In this document: positions 17,494 to 56,277 of the stretch, piece by piece
Numbering within the stretch: position 1 is the first letter of the stretch
How the letters are laid out: every line of letters begins with the position of its first letter
Assembly: GCA_028534125.1 (NCBI GenBank)
Contig: CM052816.1
Span: 58,778,001-58,842,000 of the forward strand
DNA length: 64,000 nucleotides
Direction of reading: 5' to 3'
Origin: Lama glama
Lineage: Eukaryota
Notes under the pieces: model-generated
What the model was told of the DNA's origin: nothing
What the model saw: the letters and a program-made list of their open reading frames with translations, nothing else
Databases searched by the model: none
Program-made: the position numbers and the translations under genes

Positions 17494-18365
17494 GTGTCAA
17501 TCCTGAAACCAGAGTGGCTGGTTTGGAAAGCTGGCTTTACCACTTACTAGCTGTAGGATTTAGGACAAGTTAATTAACATTTTTCTTCCTCAGTTTCCTC
17601 ATCAGTAAAATGGGGATAATAATTTTACATATTTATTGCTTAGAACAGTGCCCACCTGGTACAGAGCAAGGGTTCAATAGCTACTGTTTTTCCTCACAGT
17701 GCTGATCACAATCTGACATTTTCACATACTAGTCTGTCTCCTCCACTGGAAACTAAGCTCCTTCACAGCAGGACTTTATTAGTGACTTTATTCCTAGCTC
17801 CTAGAGCCGTGTCTTCACACAAAGAACTTCAGTGAATTCTGTTGAGTATGGATGGATGTATTCAACATTTTAAAAAACCATAAATAAACCACTGAATTGT
17901 ATTATTTTCTTATACTGGCTTTCCGTAACTGTGAATCTTAATACCGACAGGTCTATGTACTATATTTTGTTGCAGGGGAAACCTCCTTGGCCTTTAAATT
18001 CAAGCAGAAAATAGCCACAAAGAGGAACAGTATGTACCTAAAAAAATTCAGTCCACTACATTGTATTATTGTGCTAGATCAGTTAAAGCAAACGCATTAT
18101 GTGATAACACCAAAACTAGGAGGATAAAATGGATGAGATTAATTATGTGCCTTGCACATAATAGCTTTGAAATAAATACTTACTAGCAAATTATGAAAAC
18201 ACTTGAAAAAGAAAATGCAATACAGAAGTTAAGTTATAACTTAAAACATTTTGACAATTGTATACACCTCTGTAACACACCCTGATCTAGATATAGAACA
18301 CTCCCAGCATTCCAAAAAGATCTCCCTGCCCTCTTCCAACAAACTCCGTCTTCCCAAGACAACCA

Positions 18366-18945
18366 TGTGGCAAGCAGAATAACAACTGCCCCCACGCCCA
18401 AGAAGTCCTTGCCCTAATGCCCGGAACCTGTGAATATGAACATACCTGTGAATGTTACATGGCAGAAGAGACTTTGAGATAGGGGATTATCCTGGACTAC
18501 TGGGTGGGCCCAGGGTGACCACAAGCGTCCTTAAAAGCAGAAGAGGATGACGGAAGAGTGGGTCAGAGAAAGATGCCACAGTGGAAGAAGAGACAGAAGA
18601 GATTTGGAGGGTAAGAAGCACATGTCCTATTGTTGCTGGCTTTGAAGATGGAGGAAGGAAGCCACAGGCCAAGAAACGCAGGTGGCTTCTAGAAGCTGGG
18701 AACACCAGCAAAGAAACAGGCACCTCAGTCCTACAACCACAAGGGCTGAATTCAGCCAACCACCTGAATGAGCAAAGAAATGGATTCTGAGAGCCTCCAA
18801 AAAGAACTGCAGCATTGCAGCAATTTGATTTTAAACCAGTGAGTCCCATACTGAACTTCTGACCTACAGAACTGTGAGATAATAAGTGTGCATTAAGCCC
18901 TAAGTTTGTGGTAATTTGTTATGACAGCAATTAAAAATTAATATA
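18366..18945 (+). mobile_element. MaLR solo LTR (MLT1D-like)
   Basis: TGTGG start; GGCTTCTAGAAGCTGG and CTTCTGACCTACAGAACTGT..GATAATAA motifs; end GTAATTTGTTA..CAGCAAT..AAA.TAATA; 5-bp TSD AACCA. Confidence 0.85.
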
Positions 18946-19405
18946 AACCACTCTCTGTGCTCTATCACTATAGATTAGTCTTGTTTTTGGACTTTATATA
19001 CATGGAATCATAGTATGAACTCTTTTGTGGCCAACTTCTTTCACTTATGTTTTTGAGACTCACCTGGTACTGTTTGTAACATTAATTTTAATTTTTTTAT
19101 TTAGTAACAGTAATTTTTTTAAAACTGCTGACTAGTAGTCCATTATGAATACACCACAATTTATTCATTCTTTTGTTGATGGACATGTTGTCTAATTCTT
19201 GGCTATCATGAACACGTACGTTCTTGTACAAGCCTTTCTGTAGACATGTTTCCATTTTTCTTGGGTAGATACCCAGGAGTAGAACTGCTAGGTCACAGGG
19301 TGGATGTATGTTTAACATTAAAAAAATTGCCAAATGGTTCTCCAAAGTGGCTGTATCATTTCATACTCCCACTAGCAGTGAGTTCCAGTTGCTCCATATC
19401 TGTAA
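18946..19405 (-). mobile_element. Ancient L1 3' fragment (host of the MLT1 LTR; continues to about 18230)
   Basis: ORF2-like remnants (LAVLLLGIYPRKM) on the minus strand. Confidence 0.65.
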
Positions 19406-20574
19406 ATTTGAACAGATTTTATTCTGATTTTATGTATGGGGGGGGGGAAGAAGATACCCAGAGAGGCTGATTTGCCTAAAGTCATGTGGTTTGTATGAGC
19501 TGGAACCAGTACCCTGGTGCTCTCAATACTGGAGTTTCCCTACTTTCCACCTGTACCTCCTACTTTTCAGCACTGCCTTCTCTCTCATCTTGATAGCTCT
19601 CAATTACTTAATTTAATTTTCCTGCTATTTGTATGCCTTCTAAGGGAAATGACAATTTTTATAATTCTGTAATATGTATTGTACCTATCTACTTAAATTT
19701 TTTAAAATGTATAAACATTACATTAAAACATCAATATGCAATTATTTTCCCACCACTTAAATTTTTTAATATGTATTGAAGATTCTGGACCAGAAAATGT
19801 GTAAAGAGAAGACAGGAATATCAAAATAACTTATAACAAATTTCTAAAACCTCTCACATATTAAAATTGGTAAGACAAAAATATGATTTACAATACAGGT
19901 TTGTCATTATGGTATAGATAAGAAAATAGTACCCATACTAAAATTAATTCATCCTACTTATCAAAATTCCTAGGTATAAGAATGAAAATATTTAGATGCT
20001 TATAAATAGGTATTCAAAAGTTTCTTTCGGACAACATTCTTTGGTGTTCATAAAACTGCATATATGACTATATATCTATTTATCAGTCTTTTCAGGCTTT
20101 ACATTCACTTTAAATTGGAAATCAAAAAACATAAATTAGATATCACTAGAAATTAGAAAGTAGTTATAGGGTATTTTGATTTCATAGTGCCCAAAGGTTT
20201 GTGAACAAGATTTACTTACCAAGCTTTAAAAGAACCACCTGTTCTTTGATATTTCTTATATATCTACATGTTCCAGAAATTTAAAAAAAAAAGATACATT
20301 TATAGGCAAAATTTCAACTCTGAGTTGACAATCATTTATGACTCTTTCAACTGGCTGTTCCACATATTATGGAGCTAAATGAAAAGATGAAAAGCCTAGC
20401 GTTGCTTGGATACCAGCTTAACAAGCAACCTGGAATGCCAGATGCATAGTAAGAAATGGAATATCCTACTTGAGTGGAAGAAGACAAGTGAGTGTGTGAT
20501 GGACACAACTTAGTCTAAGTTCTTTACCCTAATAAAGTAATTATTCATTTGCAGATATTACCAAAAGTAAAAAA

Positions 20575-20580
20575 TTTATT
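20575..20580 (-). terminator. SLC30A5: Candidate SLC30A5 poly(A) signal
   Basis: AATAAA on minus strand about 640 nt after the stop codon. Confidence 0.45.
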
Positions 20581-21216
20581 TTACAGAGTGGTTGGCTTTT
20601 GTAATACATCAAAACTGTACTGCTATCCTCTATTCTCACTGCTGCCTCATGTCAGTGGTAGAAGTTTCTCTCAAATAATTTAGTGTACATTTAAAGTGGC
20701 AATACAGATTTTACTTAATGGACTTAAGTTATACTTAGAAACCAGTTTTATATACAGAAAATCCATAAATATAGAACTTTTAACCTATTTTATCCTAGGG
20801 CTATGCAAAAAATTGACTAGAAATTTTTCATTTGGGTCTTTGTAATAAACATGTAAATACATTATTTACAATGGAGGTGCTTTCTGACAAAGTAAACACA
20901 CAGAAGTAATTTTGGTCTTCATCAGGATCCATCATTATACGTTCATTTTCAAAGATGTGATATATCATGTTCACTCAAATTTTAAGATTCCTGTTTTATA
21001 CATAATTTAAATAATTATTTTACTTGTACAATTAATGCTTCATTCTGTATTTAAATTTCATTTAAGAAAGATTCCTTGATCCAACAGTAGGCAGCTTTAA
21101 AATCTGTTCCAAATACGGCAAAATGTCTTTGTACAATTTTCTTCCTTCTGGCGATACTGTAAATAGAGTCATTTACTCTTCATTGTTCATACCCCAGGGG
21201 TAATTCTCAAGTTATC

Positions 21217-47670
<26,454 letters not shown>

Positions 47671-47833
47671 TCACTCCCCCATGGCAGCGGCCCCGTCGGG
47701 TCCCCTCATGCCGGGCCGCCGCTGCCGCTGTCCCCGGCTCCGGCTCACAAGCACACGCGCGTCGGGACTAGGCCGCGGACAGTTCCGGCGGCGCCGGGTT
47801 CCCTGGAGTCTCACCAGAGCGGACGCCGCCAGG

Positions 47834-47894
47834 CCACGTCATCAGGCCCAGCAGCCCTCACTCTCCCGGGAGTGCCTGACCCTGCGCATGCGCA
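47834..47894 (-). promoter_or_regulatory. SLC30A5: SLC30A5 proximal promoter: UPRE, ZTRE-like palindrome, NRF1 site
   Basis: TGACGTGG (minus strand) 47841-47834; CACTCTCCCGGGAGTG 47859-47874; TGCGCATGCGCA 47883-47894. Confidence 0.8.
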
Positions 47895-49339
47895 CAACAC
47901 AACACTGGCCGTCTCTTCCCCTTCCTTAGGCTCCTCCTACCACGGGGCTACGGATCGAACATTCGCCCTCTATCAGCCCCTTCCACTGACCCGGCTTGAG
48001 CACTAGCCTGACCCTGCAGCGCCACCTATAGGCCATCAAGGGTACGGGGGGTTCTACTGGCGCCGAGAAGGGGAGCGTAGAAAATGCACAACGTGTGATA
48101 AAATTGAATAGAATTTCTTTTAACTTCTGGCTCCCAACTGTGCTAACTTAATCCTGGCACATCAGTAAATCTAGGCAGGTAGGGCTAGGTCTTATTAGGT
48201 TTTGTTTTTTGTCTCCTGTTGCTTAATTGTTCGGAATGTGGGCTCCAGTGTTTGTTTTGGATTGAATCCCAATTCTGCTTCTTACTAATTGTGTCACTTG
48301 GCCTTTTTGTACCTCAATTTTCTTATCAGCAAAGTAAGAATAGTAATATCTATATCATAGGGTTCTTGGGGGGGATTATATGTATTAATACGTGGGAAGT
48401 GTCCATGACAGTGAATGGTGTATAGTAATCAGTAAATGTTAGCTATTATTATTACAGGGAAATTTGAGGACTGGGATTTGGAGATAAAAATGGGGTTATG
48501 AGAAGTGTATAGATTTGTTTACAATACTCCATTTAATTTGAATTCATAGAGAGTCTTAGTAACATATAAGAGTATGGGGAATCACGGGGGGCTAGATACT
48601 TCATAATCTATTGAGGAAAATATTTAAGCAATTTGAGAGCAAGACCTGGTTAGCGACATTACAAGTTAAAGGCACAAATGCTAAGGTTTCCTGAATAAGG
48701 CATGATATGGGTATCTCACTGATAGAACCTGACTTGGAACTTGGATAAGGTTTTGGATATAGGAGAAAAGCATTGTGGGAAGATGTATCCCATGTGCAGA
48801 ACACAGAGGAAGGCATGAACTTTAGAAGCTGAAGATGCATATTTTCCTGTTTGAGGCAAATAAGACAGCGAAGATAACAATATTCCATCAGTGTTTTGGG
48901 GTTTTAATTTCAGGATATTTCATAGTGTTATGTTTATTAGTAAATTTGTACAAAAATGTCCACATCTTTTGCCTGCATTAGGTGATAATTGTTGACTCAA
49001 GTGTTGGGGAGATCAGGTAAAGCCCAGCAAAAAATGACATTCTGGCTTCACTTTCTTGAAGTTGCCTTTTTTGTAGCATTTTTTTGGGTAGCAATTTCTT
49101 TGCAGAATTATTATTTTGTAATCTGAATGGCAGCAGTAACAATTATTGTGTTTTTCTAGAGCTAACTCATTCCTTTGAAATTCAGAGGACTAAGTAAAAT
49201 GACATGCCTTCATGGAGGTTAAGTTTTATTCCAAGTGGAGCCTGAATTCAGTTGATATTTCTTATTTGATTAGAATTACAACACTTTTAGGCTAATATGT
49301 TTCCTGTTTTTTTGTGGTGGAAGGAAAAGTGTCTGTTTT

Positions 49340-50190
49340 CTTTCCTCCTACTCACTTCTCAACTCATTGCAACCTGGCTTCTACGTTCATCATTCCTCTG
49401 AAGCAGCTCTCTCATGGATGTTTTTGAGCCATGTATTATCTGACCTCTCTAGAGCATTCAATGTACTTGATCTCTTCCTCCTCCTTTAAACCTCTCTCCT
49501 TGGTTTCCAGAACCCCACATTTACTGTTAAAGGAAACTCGCATTCCTTATGTCCAAAACTCATGATCTTTCCCCTAAACCTGATCCTCTTCCAATGTTTG
49601 TTACCTCCTTGGTTGGCACCATTTATTCAGTTTAGCAAACCAAAAACTCAGGTAGCATCCTTAACACCTCCCCTTCTTTATGATCTATATACAGCCGATC
49701 ACCAAGTCATGACATTTTTTACCTTCTTAGTATTTCTTGAATCTATCCAAAGCTTCCCCTCTTTATCACCACCATCTAGTCTAGGTGACTGTCATCTTTT
49801 GTTTAGACCACTACAGTAATCTCCTTACTACTCCTTCCAAGTTCACTCTTTCCCTTTTCTACAAACTTTTTTCCACATTCTGCGATAATAGTAATCTATT
49901 CCAGTTGCAAATCTTATCATGCACTGCCTGCCCCACTGCACTCTACTCTTAGCCCTCCAGTGGCTTTCCATTCCTCTTAAGACAAGCTCAAATCATTAAA
50001 ACGGCTAACAACATCCTTTGTGGGCTTTCCCTAATGTATCTTTTCAGCTTCATCTCACATTAAACTGTCTTCTGCTCTCTGAGTTCGTCATTCATTTTGC
50101 TCCTCAATTATGCTATTTATTGTCGAATACAAGACTTTTCTGAGACTAGTTTCCATGTGTAGAATACATCCCATCTCAACCTTGCTTAAG
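49340..50190 (-). mobile_element. L2 LINE relic
   Basis: Pyrimidine-rich + strand with TGTCCAAAACT, CCTCCAGTGGCTTTCCATT motifs. Confidence 0.55.
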
Positions 50191-50429
50191 ATCCTACTCA
50201 CTCTTCTTGTTACAGGTTGAGTTCTCTAGGAAGCAGACTCTGAGATGGAGTTTGGTGTGCAGGATATTCATTAAGGAGTGCTTCGGGGACCAGCAACAGT
50301 AAAAGGGAAGGAAAGGAAACATAACTGGGCAGAAGAAGTTGAGAAATGGTGCAGTCCAACAAAAGCCACAATAAACCTCATGGAGACATCTGGAGCTAAA
50401 ATGGTCCTTGAGAAATAACTTACATTTTT

Positions 50430-50997
50430 TTCCTAATAAAGACTTTTATAGGTCCAGGATTCAATCCAAGATCATGTATTGCATTTAATTGTCATGTCTC
50501 ATTAGTTTTCTTTTATTTGAAACCGTTGGTCTCTCCTTTTTTTCATGACCTTGACATTTTTGAAGTGAATTATACAGTCACTTTGCAGAATGTCTGTCAG
50601 TTTGTGTTTGTCTGATGTTTCCTCATGATTGGATTCTAGGTATGCATTTTTGGCAGGAATGCCACAGAAGTGATTCTGTATTCCTCTCGGTGCATCACAT
50701 CAGAAAGCACATGATGATGATTTGTCTTGTAACTGGTAAAGTTAACTTTTATCATTTGGTAAGAAGAAGACATCTGCTAGATTTTGCAATGTAATGTTAA
50801 TGAATAAGTATTTTGTCTGGAGATGCTTTGAGACCATGTCAAGATTCTGATTCTGATCATGCTGTCACTCATTGGTATTAATATCCATTTTTGCTCTTTG
50901 ACCCAAACAATTATTACTATAAAGTTTTCCAAATGCATATCATCCCTTCTATCATCTCTTGTACATGTTTTGGCTGACCTACTGCTGTCTCTCAACT

Positions 50998-51040
<43 letters not shown>

Positions 51041-51580
51041 AGCTCATGGGTTCCTATTTTATTCAATGGAATATAATCAATTAGCATCACTCTTTTGAAG
51101 CTAAAATTGTCCCAAATTTAGCCAGTGGGAATCCTTTGGCTGAGTCCTATGCCATTTTGACATATTCCTTTCATACTTTCAGAATTTCCATAGTTTCTGG
51201 TACAAAGTGTTCCAGATTTATTATATACTTCCCCTGCCTTAGCTCTGGAATTAGCCATTTCTCCAAGGAGCTCTGGTTTCTTTTGAGGAGAATGGTATTT
51301 AGAAACCAAGGTCTAGGTGTTGGGTATCACATTGCTGCTGGGGTACTCATAGCTTCTTTGACCTCTCAGTGGACAAAGTTGGGAATTATATATGCACATA
51401 TGCACATAGCTAGCTATGTGTGTGTGTGTGTATACATAGATACGTCTTTCTACTTCTCTATCAGAAACCAAGAATTCATGCTGATACCTCCAACTACAAT
51501 CCAACCTTAGATGTTTTATCCTAGCCTTTCCCCTTTCTGTGTTTGTACCTGTCTTCCCTGAGGGTGAAAAACCTGGCTCC
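50430..51580 (-). mobile_element. L1MC-like 3' relic
   Basis: CCAGGATTCAATCCAAGATCA..TTGCATTTAATTGTCATGTCTC; TATGCATTTTTGGCAGGAAT; AGCCATTTCTCCAAGGAGC.CTGGTT. Confidence 0.6.
51001..51040 (+). repeat. (TCTA)10 microsatellite
   Basis: Perfect tetranucleotide array. Confidence 0.95.
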
Positions 51581-52073
51581 CAAAAAAGGTTAAGTAAATT
51601 GTCCAAAATTATATAATCAGTAAGGCAAGACTCCCCACTAACTGGGCAAAATGCTCCTCAGGGACAGCTGTTTTGCTGCTCTCTCACTGATTACATGAAT
51701 GATGACTGTTCCAAGGATGTAAGAGAACCAGATGGGGAGGGCCTGTTTTGTAAGCCACCTCCAGGAATCTGGATCAGAGAGTATGGTGGGCATTGTCATG
51801 AGTAGCCACTTAGTGTTTGCTTTCCTTCTAATAAATATTTGTTGTGCTTATCATGTGCTACATTCATGTCTAGGTACTTGAATTTCCTGGCAACAAATTC
51901 CGAGATGAGGATTTGTGCGAAAGTAAGAGTTCCCAGGAAAAACTGGTAGGAGTGTAGGAAAGTGGGACAGGAAAGAAAGGTATCAGCGTGGGTGTGATAT
52001 CCCGGAACGTCCCACTGGGGAGCTTGGATACTGTAAATGTCACATGTCAGAGGGTCCTGATCCAGCATATGAT

Positions 52074-52403
52074 GTTTTAGTCCATCTAGGCTGCTGTAAC
52101 AAAAATACTAAACTCAATGGATTATAGACAACAGACATTTATTTCTCACAGTCCAAGATCAAGGTGCTGGCAGATTTGGTGTCTGGTGAGAGCCTACTTC
52201 CGAGTTTACAGACAGTGCCTTTCTGCTCTGTGTCCCCCCATGGTAGAAGGGGCGAGTAACAATCTGGGGTCTTTTCTATAAGGGTACTGATCCCAGGGAT
52301 GACCTAATAACCTCCCTAAGTCCGACCTCTTAATACCATCATGTTGGGGTTTAGGATTTCAGCATATGAATTTTGGCAGAGACCCAAACATTCAGACCAT
52401 AGC
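52074..52403 (-). mobile_element. MaLR solo LTR (MLT1A/MST-like)
   Basis: TG.TTTAGTCCAT..GGCTGCT.TAACAAAA...ATTTATTTCTCACAGT...AAACATTCAGACCATAGCA. Confidence 0.75.
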
Positions 52404-53596
52404 ATAAGGGAATTAGACTATTTTGAGAGTAGTTCTCCGACAAAGAGACAAAGATGTTGGCTGTTAGGAGTGCTCCAGGCATGTGTAAAAATGGGAAAGG
52501 GAAGGAAGGAGAGGATATGGGCAAAGGACTTACCAATGATAATGTCCGCTACAAGACTACATATATTTTGGTCACTTCCCACATTATATGTTCTAACGTC
52601 CCAAGGCTGAAACCAGAAAGCTCCCATTCCCAGACTTCCTTGCAGCTGGGGTTTCGGGCATGTGACCTGGGTTTCACCAATGAGATGTATCCAGGCATGA
52701 CCTGACTTCAGCTGAGGAGGCGGCAAGAGGGGACACTGATTTTTCTACTCTGGAAAAGGCATCCAGTCCTTTGAAATAGCAGTGGCAGAGCTTCTGGTGT
52801 CTATTTCTGGGGGTCATTGGTACTAAGTGACAGTGGCAGCAGTGTTTTTGGCAGAGTGGCCTGCATGGCACAGTTGGACCTTGTTTTTGGCTGCCCAGCT
52901 TCCAGAGCCTGATTGCTCGTCCTCCAAGAGGTTCTGTGATTTACCCAGTATCCTTCAATTAATCTTGCAAGAACTAGTCGGAGTGGAAGTTGTTGCTTGT
53001 AATTAAATCTCTGAATAGTACAGATGATATGGCAGAAAAACTTCCGTAACAATAAGCGGCTCATAGATTTTGTAAGCGCATTTTATTTCAGATTGAGGAA
53101 CAGTATGATGCTCATAAAATCAACTCCTAAAATGCTACACTTTAGTGGAGAAAGCTACCCCAAACTCATCAGATGACTTCACTTAATGCCAACTATATAT
53201 TCTTATACTCTCTTTGAAAGCAGAAAAGTAAAATGAGACGATGCTCAATAATTTGATATCCATCCTGACCAGGTAGGAAGAAGACTGAATGTGTGTGTGC
53301 TCTGGAATTCTCCGGGAGATGCTGGCTCCACAGTACAACAGCAAAACTATAAAGGGAAGCGCTGAATAGTTTTAAGGGTTTGCACTCTTAGCAGTTACGG
53401 ACTATAATGTGTGTAATCTCTTTCGCAGACATTAAACATGGGCAGTTAAAACATTAAAAGCGCTAGTTAGCTACAGGAATGACCAGGAGGATGCAAATGA
53501 GGAGATGAAGGGAAATAGTTCATGTTTAGACTTTTTCAACTAGCAGATCAGAATTTGTGATGGAACTGATTAGAAATTCAGCTGGTAGCAACATAC

Positions 53597-54122
53597 TGTG
53601 GAGAATAAACTGAAAAGAAGAAACTTGTTCAATGACAATTCTTTCTGGGTCTCTTGAGTTTCTGCATGTCTTCCAAGCAGAAGCACTGACAGTTTTTGCT
53701 CCAGACTGTATTTTCAAAAATGTTTGTACAGCAAACAGCCTTGGAAGATAGAGATAATACCTCCCTTTGGAACAGAGGGAAGATTTGTTTGCTGATCAGG
53801 GTAATAAAGATAATGCCTCCCTCTAGGACAAAGGTTGGGCGGATTTGCTAGCTTCCCCTTTAAAAGACTGGGGTTTTCTAAACCCTTAGTTGCATGCTTA
53901 GCATCTACCTAGGCTGCCATGCATCACCTCCATGGGGTTTGGGGGTGGAGGAGGTAAGGCAAAGTGATGCAAACATGAGGTTCATGCTGCCTGCATGAGT
54001 AACAGAGTCTTCTGTTTCTAACCCAGGAGTCTTGTACCTTCTGCCAGCTTCCAGGAGACTGTCAGGCTTATTGTGAGCTTGCCAGCAAGGTAAAATCCTA
54101 GTCCCCTTCACCATTCTTGACA
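53597..54122 (+). mobile_element. ERV-type solo LTR relic (family uncertain)
   Basis: TG start, CA end, internal imperfect repeat AGATAAT.CCTCCCT, degenerate poly(A)-signal region. Confidence 0.5.
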
Positions 54123-54707
54123 CATCTTTCTCACAAAAGTAATATTATTTATAATTTAATTTAAAAAATTCATGATACACTGTTGTAAAGGGTATGAAAA
54201 AATGGGAGTTCATGCCTTGTTGGTAGAATTGTAAGTTCATATAACTTCCCTCAAGGGCAATTTTGCAATATCAAAATTTAAAAGGTACTTGATCTAGGAA
54301 TTTAACTTATAGCTACATTGTGCAAATGTCCAAAGACACAAAAATAGGGATGTTAATTGCAGCAATAATTGTTAGCAAAAGACTATAATATGTGCTAATA
54401 ATAAATAATATTTCTTTAGCTTTTATAAGATCTAAAGCACTCTTTTAAGTAACTTTATATGTAATGCTTAATTGAATCCTCACAACAACTCTATGAGATA
54501 GTACTATTAGTAAGGAAACTGAGGCACAGAAAGCTTAAGTAACATGCCCAATGCTAAACAGCTAGTGAAATTATTCCTAATACTGGTCTGTTAATTCAGG
54601 GGAATATTATGCAGTTAAGTGAAGTAGGTGTATTTGTAGTTAATAGAAAAACAAGAAGCAGAACAGTGGGTTGTCTTACGCTTTTATTTTTGTTAAAAAA
54701 ATAAGGA

Positions 54708-55207
54708 NNNNNNNNNNNNNNNNNNNNNNNNNNNNNNNNNNNNNNNNNNNNNNNNNNNNNNNNNNNNNNNNNNNNNNNNNNNNNNNNNNNNNNNNNNNNN
54801 NNNNNNNNNNNNNNNNNNNNNNNNNNNNNNNNNNNNNNNNNNNNNNNNNNNNNNNNNNNNNNNNNNNNNNNNNNNNNNNNNNNNNNNNNNNNNNNNNNNN
54901 NNNNNNNNNNNNNNNNNNNNNNNNNNNNNNNNNNNNNNNNNNNNNNNNNNNNNNNNNNNNNNNNNNNNNNNNNNNNNNNNNNNNNNNNNNNNNNNNNNNN
55001 NNNNNNNNNNNNNNNNNNNNNNNNNNNNNNNNNNNNNNNNNNNNNNNNNNNNNNNNNNNNNNNNNNNNNNNNNNNNNNNNNNNNNNNNNNNNNNNNNNNN
55101 NNNNNNNNNNNNNNNNNNNNNNNNNNNNNNNNNNNNNNNNNNNNNNNNNNNNNNNNNNNNNNNNNNNNNNNNNNNNNNNNNNNNNNNNNNNNNNNNNNNN
55201 NNNNNNN
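54708..55207. other. Assembly gap (500 N)
   Basis: Run of N. Confidence 1.
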
Positions 55208-55272
55208 AAGATAGCAAGGTTCTAAAGTTTTGTAGCTAATGGAGTTGAAGAAAGGCTCCTCAGCAACTATTA

Positions 55273-55773
55273 AAAGGTCTTCCTCAACTTACGATAGGGT
55301 TTCGTCCTCATAAACCCATCATAAATTGAAAATATCATTTGTTGAAAATGCATTTAAAACACCTAACCTACAAAAACAAAACACCTAACCTATGGGACAT
55401 CACAGCTTAGCCAAGCCTACCTTAAACGTGCTCAGAACACTTACATTAGCTTGCTGATGGGCAAAATCTTCTGACCTATTTTATTGTAAAGCATTGAATA
55501 TTTCATGTAATTTACGGAATACTGTACTGAAAGTGGAAAACAGAGTGGTTGCGTGGGCAGAGAATGTTGTAAGTGTGTTGATTGTTTACCCTTGGGCTCG
55601 GGTGGCTGGCTGGGTGCTGAGCTTGCAGCCCAGCATTAGGAGAGAGTATCTGGCCATGTATCGCTAGCCCAAGAAAAGATCAAAATTCGAAACTCCAAGT
55701 ATGGTTTCTACTGAATGGTGTATCTCTTTTGCACCACTGTGAAGTCGAAAAATCCTAAATCGGGGACCGTCTG
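55273..55773. mobile_element. Tigger5/MER47-like DNA transposon relic
   Basis: CCTCAACTTACGAT.GGGTT.CGTCC..ATAAACCCATC...ACACCTAACCTA...GCTCAGAACACTTACATTAGC...GGGGACCGTCTG. Confidence 0.75.
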
Positions 55774-56135
55774 TGCTTAAAATGTGGTAAGCCAGTAATT
55801 ACATTTAAGTGTGTAAAAATTAGATTTTTAAGTTCCCAGAGAGGAACTATTGGAAATGACTGTGCTGGAAGTGTGCTAAATTAATTATGGTAAATCCATT
55901 TAATGGATTAGTTTGTGGCTGTTAAGGGACTGCGACAGATCCTTATGTACAGATACGGAATCTCTTCCAAGAAATCAATAAATGGAAAAGCCAAGGTAAA
56001 GGGATGGTAGGTAAGTGCCTTGAGTAGGGGTTTCTGAAAGCAAAGACTGAAAAAGGGATTTTTGTGCTTTTAGAGGGGATGGCTCCCAGGAGAAAGGGAT
56101 GGGGGTTGGGGTAGGGCAGGGGAAAAAGCTAAGCA

Positions 56136-56277
56136 GGGGGAGGGTATAGCTCAAGTGGTAGAGCGCATGCTTAGCATGCACAAGGTCCTGGGTTCAATCT
56201 CCTGTACCTCCTCTAAAAGAAAATAAACCTAATGACCTCCCCCACCCCTGCCAAAATAAAGTAATTAAAAAAAAAAA
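56136..56277 (+). mobile_element. tRNA-derived SINE (vic-1-like)
   Basis: Same head, A-tail, TSD AAAAAG(A)CTAAGC. Confidence 0.85.

Noticed and set aside
11400..20500. SLC30A5-CCNB1 intergenic distance seems shorter than I recall for human
   Set aside because: The interval contains a fixed-length 500-N gap of unknown true size, so no deletion can be claimed.
56136..56210. tRNA-like sequences (here and six other copies) as real tRNA genes
   Set aside because: They carry SINE bodies, A-rich tails, TSDs and divergent mutations, so they are retroposed SINEs.
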